Notes under the pieces: model-generated | Database searches by the model: none | Told to the model about the DNA's origin: nothing | What the model saw: only the letters and a program-made list of their open reading frames with translations | Assembly (NCBI GenBank): GCA_020184695.1 | Contig: JAANOX010000113.1 | Location: 1-64,000 of the forward strand | Reading direction: 5' to 3' | Length of the DNA: 64,000 nucleotides | DNA from: Histomonas meleagridis 2922-C6/04-290x | Taxonomy: Eukaryota; Protista; Parabasalia | Part shown: one piece after another, positions 20,742 to 32,417 of the stretch | Numbering within the stretch: the first letter of the stretch is position 1 | Layout of the letters: each line of letters begins with the position of its first letter | Position numbers and translations under genes: made by a program

Positions 20742-20938
20742 TATTATTTAATTTTCACACAATTAATCGTGTAAAAAATAGAAGCTCAAAAAAGTCTCAA
20801 AACGACCATTTTGATCAAAAACCCTAATTTCATCTTGCAATCTTGCAAGATCTAAAATCATTATTAAAATAACATAAATCACCGTAACAATTAACTTATT
20901 AAAAATCACTATGATTAATATAAAATCATCAAGGTTAT

Positions 20939-21723
20939 TTACATAATCGGTTTCTTATTTTTAAAATATTCTCTATCTGAATTACTTATAATTTGAGGAA
21001 TATTTCCACGTAAATAACTTGCTGAAATGATATCTTTATAATATTTTTTAACAGGAATTTTATATAATACAGTATATTTGTTAATTCTCTTATTATAATT
21101 AAGTATATTGTTTTATTTTCGGAAAACATCTATTGTAGTATTATCTATTATAGCGCAGTTATTTTTCCAATAATCATGCTGTTTATTTCTGTTGTTAATA
21201 CAGTATCATCATTTAAAATACTACCATCATATAATATTATATCACCTATATCATAATTACTACTATCATCAACTTTGAAATAATGATCACCATGAGTTGT
21301 AAAATCTATAGTATTTTGATTAATACTTATATCTAGTTAATAGTATCACCAATTTAATAGGATGATATTTATTAATAAATTGCTTTAATAAAAACAATGA
21401 TTTCTTTAGCAGTCTTATTTTTAAAGGATATGCAACATCGTATCTATTGTTAGTTCCAATAAATATATGCTAGTATCGAGGATCTCTTCCTTTCGTATTA
21501 TCATACAAATCATGAAACCAAGTATTAGGACTGTTAGAAAAGATCTTTATATAATATTTTTTCAAAGTCTTCTTATTAATAAATTTATCTATTACACGAC
21601 GTTTCTAACTTCTTTTATTTTCTTATTACTTGCATTAGGTATAGCTTTCTTAATATGACGTTCTACATGGGAATAAGATTAAAAATGTGTTTCATCTATA
21701 ATATCATTATATTCATTATCCAT
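20939..21723 (-). pseudogene. Retroviral-type (rve) integrase remnant
   Basis: Hand translation across frameshifts: ...YYIKIFSNSPNTWFHDLYDNTKGRDPRY*HIFIGTNNRYDVAYPLK/NKTAKEI...KQFINKYHPIKL, matching the Maverick-type pattern W-x-x-D-L...AVPLKNKT...P-x-K-L. The later catalytic D/E were not found. Confidence 0.65.
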
Positions 21724-21741
21724 AGTTTTATTACTATTAAA

Positions 21742-22085
21742 ATGGGTTTAGGATAGACATTTGGAGGTTTTCGAAAGCTAGTTCAAGGAGGAGGTCGTCT
21801 AGTTGAAAAAGTGATTGATAAAGGTAGAAAAATTTATGGTAAAATATCACCACTAGTTAAAAAAGGGAGTGAAATAATCAGTAAAATACCAGGTGCTATA
21901 GATGCATATAGAGGAAAAAAAGATAAAGTAGAGGTATTAATCAAATAGTTGATATGGTGCCAGATCCCAAATTTAAAGATAAGATTAAAGGAGCAGTATA
22001 TCGAGTAAAACAAATAGTAGATAGAGTTGTTGATAGAGTCCAAGAAGTCTCTGATAAAGCACAACCTAATATAAGAGCTGGTTAA
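21742..22085 (+). pseudogene. Small Gly-rich, amphipathic MG-start protein remnant
   Basis: MGLG*TFGGFRKLVQGGGRLVEKVIDKGRKIYGKISPLVKKGSEIISKIPG...; one in-frame stop and one frameshift. Confidence 0.55.
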
Positions 22086-22868
22086 AAAATTTATAATAAA
22101 ATAAATCAAACACATACAAAACCAATACTAAATAAAGAAGGAATTCAAAATATAGTTAGTTCTTATCAATTTAAAGATGCTTTTAATAAAATAAAATCAT
22201 TATTATAAACTAATTACTATTTTTTATGATAGTTGAATGACTGAGATGAAAGTAGATCTCGTAATTATTGATAACAATGAAAATCAATATGATAATGAAA
22301 CGACTAATAAAAATATTAATAATGATAATACAGTCATCGCGAAGAAACCAATTAAAAACTTTATCAAAGAAGAAAAAGATATTATTATAAATAATGCTAA
22401 ACAAGGTATTGATAATTAGTATTATGATGTAGTATTCAATAAGAATGGCTATTCAAGAATAGTATCAAAGAAATTATATAATAAAGAAATAAGTAAAGAA
22501 ATTAATAATAATAAAAACTAATTTTACTAATGATCAATTTTTGATAGAACATTTATTCAGACTTGAAAATAAAATATCTAAATTAAAAAGTAAACAAAAG
22601 AAATTAAAACGAAAATATAGTAAAGTCAGATTCGATATTTATGAAGAAGACGATGACAGTGTTATGATGATAAATGAAAATGAAATTAATGAAAATAATA
22701 ATAATGTAAATAATAACAAAAATAATAATACTAATAAAAATCGAATTAACGAAAATCAAAATAATCAAAACCAATCTTATAAAAGATTCACTATACAGCC
22801 AAGAGGTTGGTAAGCTTGTATTAGATTCAAAAACTATTTATAAATGCCTTTATTTTATTTATTATCAA

Positions 22869-23740
22869 ATGCCTAAATCACGTATCAAAAGATCATTACG
22901 TAAAGTTCGTGTAAAGAGAATCAATTAAAAGATTAATTTTATAAGTTTACGAACTATAAATAAACCTAATTCAGCTAGAAATGAAATAATTGGTTTAAGA
23001 GGAACTGTTCCACCTATACCAGTAGCTACTTCTCATAACGTTAATTGGGATAATGATAATAGGATGAGAAATGCTAATGAAATCAAACAACAAGAATTGA
23101 ATGATATCAGAACAAAAGAACAAAGTCTTAATGCTCAATGAAATGAATTTGAAAAGCAGATTACACAAGCAAAAAATGAAGTTTTATTTCAAAAACAGAA
23201 TCATGAAAAAAACAAGCTATTAAGACAGCTAAAGAAGAAGAAGAATCCCGTAAATTATTAGAACAATATAGACAAAAGACTAGAATTCAATGGTTGAAAA
23301 AATCGATATGATTAAAATGAACTCAAAAATAACAGAGATATTTTTATGGCATCTACTGATGAAATGGAAATGAATATACAGAACCAACGAGTTGCTGACT
23401 AACAGAATGATATTTTAAGACAAATTAATGAATTAAAATTAAAAAATTTAGAATTAGATAATAAAAAGAAAGAATTACAAATATCAAAGTAAGGATGTGT
23501 TGGTGAAACAGGATTATCTCAATTGATTAAAGTTAGACATCAGAATAATTTGAAAATAAATAGCAATAGATAGAATGCAAAAAAGAAGTGAACTATTAAA
23601 AGAAAATTATGAATAATAATTAGAGTATCAATCAGCATTATCAACAGATGATATAAATAAAATTGATGAAGAAGAAGAAAATAGATTACGAGGGATTATT
23701 AAAGAAAATGCTGGCTTAAAAAAAGAAAATTAAATATCTT
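22869..23740 (+). pseudogene. Basic N-terminus plus coiled-coil protein remnant
   Basis: MPKSRIKRSLRKVRVKRIN* ... EIKQQELNDIRTKEQSLNAQ*NEFEKQITQAK...; multiple stops and frameshifts. Confidence 0.5.
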
Positions 23741-23945
23741 AATGCTGATTATAGTGTTTATGCAGAACAAAAAAATATTAAATATGATAAAAAACGAAAA
23801 AATGTTTTTTTTCAGCCTTAACATTTTTAATGGTAATATATTTAGAATCGATCCGAAATTGAAATATTAATCAAATTTTACCATTATATAAATCACATTT
23901 ATTATTAATTAATATTTATGATATTCTAATCGGTCAATAATATTA

Positions 23946-26359
<2,414 letters not shown>

Positions 26360-26996
26360 ACTTTAAGAGTAAATAATACTATGAATAATAATTAATTTTT
26401 TGTTGTTATGAATTTTTCATCATTTTTTTCACAAAAATTTTCATCAAATTATATGAAAATCATACAATGAAATATGATATAAAATATTCTATTTATCAAA
26501 TTTAATGCGTTAATTATAATATATGAAAACAAACTGAATTTAGGAAATGTTTATTTCAATATTTAAATATTTCCTCTTTTATCCTTGTGAATCTTTTCAT
26601 TTTATTAAGTCGTCACTTTTATGATGTTGAATTTTGTCTTCAAATAATCGTATAATTTCTACATTTTTCTTTTCTGATGCTATCATAAGCGCTGTTTTAT
26701 ATGTTTATAAGTAATTCCAAATGTTTATATGAAATTTCATATTTTTTAAAAATATTTTAAATAAAACAAAGAAATATTTTTAACATCGATATCAATATTC
26801 TCTTGTTCAAGAAGTAATTTAACTATTTCTGTATGACCATTTTCAGATGCAATCATAAGTGCTGTCCAAAATAATTTAAATAATTTCCAAATATTATTTT
26901 GAATTCTCATCAAGCCATATTTTGAAATGAAAAAATTAAAAAAATAATTTCGTTCACAATTTTCAATTCAATTTAAAATTGCAATAATTTTATCGT

Positions 26997-27871
26997 TTAT
27001 ATAGAAAGTGCCTCTGAAATTTCCATACCAGCTCTGCTCATGTCTACTGAAACATATCGAGTATATGCAGAACTTTTCCACCTTCCATGGGCTTTTATGA
27101 TACAATCATTAACATTTTTTAGTGAGGCATAATATGCTGCTCCTATACGAGAACTATGAAATCCATAATTTTGATATTTTTCAACTCCAATAGTCCTAAG
27201 TACATAAAGAAGATGAGCTCTGAGTGTGGATTGAGTTCGAGATTCTATGTGATCATTACTAGAAATTAAGTTCAAATGATTTATAAATCGGAATGGGCTA
27301 TAATCTGTCTTATTATCATTAATATATGTAAACGTATTATTCCCGAACTGATCTGTTTTAGAAGTCTGTATGTTTAGTTTTATTAAGTTTTCGCCTTCAA
27401 TTACAATATCGCTTTTTTTAGAGTTTAGCGCTTCACTTATTCTGAGAAATGCTGCAAACATTAACGATATCAAGAATATAAACTTCAAATTATCAATATT
27501 TGTTGGTGGAAATTTTTCAATTATTTTCGAAAACCATTTTGGATCAAACGGTAACTTTGCATTTGGACAAAAACCTGAATATAGTGACCTTTTTATTCCA
27601 CTCTTAAATATTTTGAATTTTAATGAATGTGTTAATATTTCCAAGTCATTTTGTTGAAAATAATGTGTAAAACTATTAATGTAAGCTAGTAACGTACAAC
27701 ATTTCATATTCTGATTCTTTTTAAATATAATAAATGCAACCATTTTGTTATGAGTAATAGGAAATGGTTCTTCGTGTATTAGATTTATCATCACTTTGGC
27801 ATAAGCATGAATCAGCCTATCATATGTACTTTTCGTTCCTGCTGAAAAAAGTGTCGATGAGAATTACACAT
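26997..27871 (-). CDS. Tyrosine recombinase (phage_integrase fold); probable 1-nt frameshift near the 5' end
   Basis: Catalytic R (FLRISE), K (SKTDQFG), HxxR (FHSSR), H/W (HGRW) and Y (AYTRY). The frame extends upstream of the track's GTG start (SAGTKSTYDRLIHAY) to a TAA. An ATG at 27869-27871 is out of frame by one base across a T6 run. Confidence 0.88.
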
Positions 27872-27934
27872 AATAAAGGCAACTTTTTAAGACGATGACC
27901 AAAGTTCATCGTCTTAAAAAGTTGCCTTTATTAT
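27870..27934. repeat. Perfect 29-bp inverted repeat with 7-bp centre
   Basis: ATAATAAAGGCAACTTTTTAAGACGATGA (27870-27898), centre CCAAAGT, TCATCGTCTTAAAAAGTTGCCTTTATTAT (27906-27934). Confidence 0.97.
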
Positions 27935-28399
27935 TTGTGAAATATCAAATGATTAAAATAAACATAAAATAAAACAAATAAATATTTTTAGCATTAATAT
28001 CGATTCCTTCATGTTCAAGAAGTAATTTCACTATTTCTATATAACCATTTTCAGATGCTAATATAAGTGCTGAATAAAATAATTTAAATAATTTTCAAAT
28101 ATTATTTTGAAATATCAAATTATTAAAATAAATTCTAAATAAAACAAATGAATATCTTTAGCATTAATATCAATTCCTTTTTGTTTAAGAAGAACTTTTG
28201 TAACTTCAGAATGACCTTTGCGTGTTGCCCAATGAAGTGCTGTTTCATTAATTTTATATAAATTCCAAAAAAAAAAAATATTAAACGTTAAATCTTCATG
28301 ATAAATATATTTACCATTAATATCAAATATTTTCTGTTCGATTTGCCATTCAATAAATGATGCAAATTCTTTTTGGTGCTGAGAAAGCATCTGGTTTTA

Positions 28400-29130
28400 A
28401 ATATATTTGTCACAATTATATTTGGGATTTTTTATTGACATTTTTTATTGGCATTTTTTTGCTTCGATAGTTGGATCCAACCATGATCATTTGCAGATCT
28501 TAACCAACTGAATCGCATCGAAAATTTTTTTCGAATAAACCACAGAATGTTAGTTTCAATAACGGCCATGGTGATGTCACAAAATTGAATGCATATTGTC
28601 ACTTTTTTATCAGTGCTATCGGCATAGATGTCGATAAAACCGTTTATTATATCGATACCCATCCTTAGTAGCAATGTTGTTGTATAAGTAACGGCCATGG
28701 ATTTTGCGACGTCGCTATGAACCAAATCTTTACTATAAATCATTAAGCCTATATTAAAACATTGTACTCAGACTTGCTTTATTGATGGTAAAAGATTTTA
28801 TACACTATATTTTATTTACAAAATGTTATTAACAACCTAAAATATGTTCATTCTCATTTTTTTTCCTTTTACTGCTGAATTTGGTGTACCTGTCTTTTTC
28901 TAACATTTTATTTGCATTTGACACAATGTTTTTTGTGGCTGCCATTTTTTTTTTGCAATTTAGCATTACACAAGTACTTTTTGTCAGAAAAAATTGCTTC
29001 GGTAAAACCATTCCCAACAGACATGGGCAATGTTGAAAATGGAATTAATGATGAAAATGAACAAGTTTGGTCAACCGTAAATTGACAAAAATTGAAAAAA
29101 GTGACAGAACATAATATTGAAACGTTCACA
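28400..29130 (-). pseudogene. Possible decayed DNA-transposon fragment (BED-finger/hAT-like?)
   Basis: Fragmented ORFs including KYLCNAKLQKKNGSHKKHCVKC, loosely like a BED finger. It abuts the truncated 5' end of ankyrin array 2. Confidence 0.25.
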
Positions 29131-29157
29131 AATTTTAAACGTATATATCAAATGTAA

Positions 29158-30273
29158 ATGGAATTAGAATATCATCTGAATGAAATTCTGAGGACACTTG
29201 AAGATGAAACTACTTATGATGTTGATAAATGGAGAAAATTATGTTTCAAACAAATGACTAGAATAAATGAATCTGAATTTATTCATGTACAAACAATATC
29301 GGAATTCAATTCAAAAATAGCACAATTAAAACAAGAGCTGAATGAAATTAAAGCATCTCTTCAAAAGCATATTGAAGAAAATCAACAATTTGAAACAATT
29401 ATTCAAAATTTAAAGAAACAAGAAAATCGACTTAATTTGGATTTTTCTAATGCTAAAAATGAATTTGAAAAAGAAACCAGTATTAAGCATTTACTTCAAT
29501 ATGCACCTATTTTTTTTCAAGAGCAATACCAAGCATATCAAATAAAATATAAAAAATTCACGTTACAAATGAAAAACATTGATTCTTTACTTACCAAATT
29601 AAACAAAAGGATTGAAACATTAAATGACAAAATTCGAAATCTAATCAAAAAATTTCAACGAAATGAATTTAATTACAAACAAAATTTAATTCAGAGAGAA
29701 CGTTTAGAAAAAGAAATTGAATTCATTCAAAATTCAATTGACGATAAACAGCTTCCACAATTTTCAAAGGAAATTTCGGTTTTGCAAAACAAGTTCGAAA
29801 ACTCAACAGAAGCAGCTTTACGTCTTCATGCTATAGATTCCGCGATAGAAACTATTCAAGAGAAAATGAAATCGGTTAAATTAGATCCAAGGGTTAGTGA
29901 TTGTTCTACTCTTGAAGAACTGATCAAAACTGAGAAAATTAATCAAGAAAAATATTTACAAAATTTAATTGAACAATATAACACCAATGAATTAGACAAT
30001 GAAATATCACAAATAAGATCTCGAATAACAGAAAAAGAAACCGAATTAAACACATTAAAAGAAAAATCAGAAATCGAAATCAAAAACATCCAAAAAACAT
30101 TTGAAATTGAATCTAATGAACTTAAAACCAAAATTAATGCAAATGAGCAAACAATTTCTATTCTACAAGAACAAATTAACACATTAAAACAACAACGCTT
30201 TGTTAATTTACAACACGAAACACTTAAAAACGTCGAAACGCAAACGATATTTGTTGTTCCATCATTTTTTTAA
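29158..30273 (+). CDS. Coiled-coil hypothetical protein
   Basis: 371-aa open frame, E/K/Q/L-rich heptad composition. Confidence 0.75.
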   Translation: MELEYHLNEILRTLEDETTYDVDKWRKLCFKQMTRINESEFIHVQTISEFNSKIAQLKQELNEIKASLQKHIEENQQFETIIQNLKKQENRLNLDFSNAKNEFEKETSIKHLLQYAPIFFQEQYQAYQIKYKKFTLQMKNIDSLLTKLNKRIETLNDKIRNLIKKFQRNEFNYKQNLIQRERLEKEIEFIQNSIDDKQLPQFSKEISVLQNKFENSTEAALRLHAIDSAIETIQEKMKSVKLDPRVSDCSTLEELIKTEKINQEKYLQNLIEQYNTNELDNEISQIRSRITEKETELNTLKEKSEIEIKNIQKTFEIESNELKTKINANEQTISILQEQINTLKQQRFVNLQHETLKNVETQTIFVVPSFF

Positions 30274-30510
30274 ATAAAAATATTTTTTATTTTTTAAGTT
30301 CGTCGTTTAAATCATGGTGAATGCAATTTATTAAACCATTGAAATTATTGATAAAACTTTTATTAAATTCTTTTTAAATTCATTTTTAAAATTAGAAACT
30401 TTAAAAAAATGAATTTTGTTTTAAAACTTTGAAATATTTGTTCATGCTTACTGGGAAACATCTGGGGTTTTGTGTTTTTTTGATTAATATATATTTGTTT
30501 TTTAGGAATG

Positions 30511-30621
30511 AAATTATTTAAATTATTTAGTACAGCACTTATATTAGCATCTAGAAATGGTCATACAGAAATAGTTAAATTACTTCATGGACAAAAGGGA
30601 ATTAATACTAAAGACATTTAT
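30511..30621 (+). pseudogene. Orphan single ankyrin cassette with both spacer ends
   Basis: AAATTATTTAAATTATTT (spacer 3' end), then STALILASRNGHTEIVKLLHGQKGINTKD, then ATTTATTT (spacer 5' end). Confidence 0.8.
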
Positions 30622-31057
30622 TTTTTTTTAACCAATCGACTGCTATTGTGTCTGAAGCTAAGAATATTTAATATGGTTTGAATGCATAGAATTCGCTAAT
30701 TGAATTAAAAGAAAAGAATTCGAGATGATAATGTGTTTTGGCTGCCATAATATGAAAAAATTTTGTTTTTATTACCGCTTTTTGATAGGTATTTATACCT
30801 TTCTGGCGCTGTAATATTTATATGATTTTCTTGGTTATTTTTGTTGATTTTTTTTAAAATATTTCATTTCAAGAAAAATAAAGGTGAATATATTCATTCT
30901 TTTATGATTAGAGGTTAATTTTATTTAACTGAATAGTTATGCTTTTTTTATTTAATGGGTGTAACGCTTTGGTTTCGAAACATTGTCTTTTAAAAAATGT
31001 TCAGTAACAACATAAAAAACAATTATTTATGAAGAATTAATATTTCAAACATAATGT

Positions 31058-31651
31058 TTACAATTCATCCCGATTTTTGAATATTATATTTCCTAATTTT
31101 CTGTGAGGACTTTCATAGCCATAAGGGTGACAAAGTCCTATAGAATCACACACATCATTTGGCTTTTTTACATTCTTGATTCCATTCAAAAATGTCCACT
31201 TTCTTCCTTCGTCGAGGAGTGAACAAAAATCAGCAAAGGTCACACGAGAAGAGGAGCAAATATTACTTAGGTATAACTCGCGTTCTTCTGGTGAAAATGG
31301 CATTAAATGTGCTGATAATATACGACATGGATAACAATGTGTCCCGTTCCTTTTCTGTGACGTGCGTTCAACACATGGTCCAATAGCTGAACATGGGTTT
31401 TTTGGAGGATTTTCTGTGTTATTGTATATTTTTTGAACAGCTTTAGTAACATTTTCGATGAACATACAATAGACATTTTCTTCTGGTACTTCTGCGCACT
31501 CTGAACCTTCGAGTGGAAATGAACGTATATTTTCCTTAGATAAGCGAGCAATCTTTTTACAAAGATAACAAGCATCAAGAAGAGACTGTTCTGTATCAAA
31601 GATTTCCCATTGGATAATACAGCTAGACATAAAAGCAAAAATCCAAAACAT
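31058..31651 (-). CDS. Secreted saposin-like protein (two SapB-type domains)
   Basis: Hydrophobic N-terminus; two six-Cys sets (CxxC...C...C...C.....C), e.g. CYLCKKI...CSAIGPC and CYPCRIL...CDSIGLC. Confidence 0.75.
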   Translation of the reverse strand: MFWIFAFMSSCIIQWEIFDTEQSLLDACYLCKKIARLSKENIRSFPLEGSECAEVPEENVYCMFIENVTKAVQKIYNNTENPPKNPCSAIGPCVERTSQKRNGTHCYPCRILSAHLMPFSPEERELYLSNICSSSRVTFADFCSLLDEGRKWTFLNGIKNVKKPNDVCDSIGLCHPYGYESPHRKLGNIIFKNRDEL

Positions 31652-31748
31652 TTGAAGAAATGAGCTTATTCTTTGAAATTAAACGGTCACCAATAGAGAT
31701 GAAACCTAAATAAAGTATTGAAAAAGTGGATAAAATCGGGCCGCAATC

Positions 31749-32333
31749 ATGATTGCGAACAAAAATAATTCTTTTAATTGTCGTGTTGTTTTAATTGGAG
31801 ACACTTCAGTAGGAAAGACATGCCTTTTAGGTCAACTTATTGATAATAAATTTGATCCTGCTGAACAAAGTACAGTTGGAGCAAATTATCAAATTTTTAA
31901 TGAAGAAATTGATGGTTACAAGGTTGAAGTGCAAATATGGGACACAGCTGGACAAGAGAAGTTTAAATCACTTGGTCCAATATATTTTAGAAATGCACTT
32001 GGAGCTCTTGCTGTTTATGACATCACAAACAAAAATACATTTGAACACTTAGAAGATTGGATAAAATCATTTACTGACATTGCTGGAAATGAATCCACAG
32101 TTTTCATTGTTGCAAATAAATCTGATTTGGTTCAAGAACAAGAAGTTGAATTCACGGATGCAAAAAATTATGCGAACCAAAGAGGATACAAGGCATTTGA
32201 AACATCTGCAAAAACTGGTCAAGGAGTTCAAGAACTTTTTTCTGATTTAGCAAAAACTATTCTACTTACGCACCGAGTGACAAAAGAGCCAAGGCAAGAA
32301 CTGAAGCCTGCAGAAAGCAAATGCAACTGTTAG
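31749..32333 (+). CDS. Rab family GTPase (Rab5-like group)
   Basis: GDTSVGKT, STVGANY, WDTAGQEKFKSLGPIYFR, NKSD, ETSAKTG, C-terminal CNC. Confidence 0.95.
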   Translation: MIANKNNSFNCRVVLIGDTSVGKTCLLGQLIDNKFDPAEQSTVGANYQIFNEEIDGYKVEVQIWDTAGQEKFKSLGPIYFRNALGALAVYDITNKNTFEHLEDWIKSFTDIAGNESTVFIVANKSDLVQEQEVEFTDAKNYANQRGYKAFETSAKTGQGVQELFSDLAKTILLTHRVTKEPRQELKPAESKCNC

Positions 32334-32417
32334 TGTCATTCTTCATAAACATGTTGTAGCGTTTTTGATCTTTGTTTTCTTATGAGTGACCGTTAAAATG
32401 AGATACAAAAATACTTC

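Larger units (their letters stand above)
20340..23750. mobile_element. Decayed integrase-bearing, virus-like (Polinton/Maverick-related?) island; boundaries approximate
   Basis: Several tightly packed pseudogenes (rve-like integrase, MG-start amphipathic ORF, basic/coiled-coil ORF) plus a GC-rich palindrome cluster in otherwise very AT-rich DNA. No TIR found. Confidence 0.55.
26904..27941 (-). mobile_element. 1038-bp tyrosine-recombinase-only element (Crypton/DIRS-YR-like) inserted in an ankyrin spacer
   Basis: Flanked by TATTATTTTGAA (26892-26903) and TATTATTTGTGAA (27929-27941). Inverted 10-mer AATTCTCATC (26902-26911) / GATGAGAATT (27856-27865). Terminal 29-bp inverted repeat. No RT or RNase H. 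Confidence 0.85.
26597..28390 (-). repeat. Ankyrin cassette array 2, interrupted by the YR element
   Basis: Ankyrin segments at 26597-26698 (terminal, TGA), 26776-26868, 27984-28076 and 28154-28246. Spacers: 26699-26775 (77 nt), 26869-27983 (77 nt once the insert is removed), 28077-28153 (77 nt) and 28247-28306 (60 nt). Confidence 0.88.

Noticed and set aside
26904-27941. Complete DIRS retrotransposon
   Set aside because: There is no gag, reverse transcriptase or RNase H within the exactly delimited 1038-bp insert.
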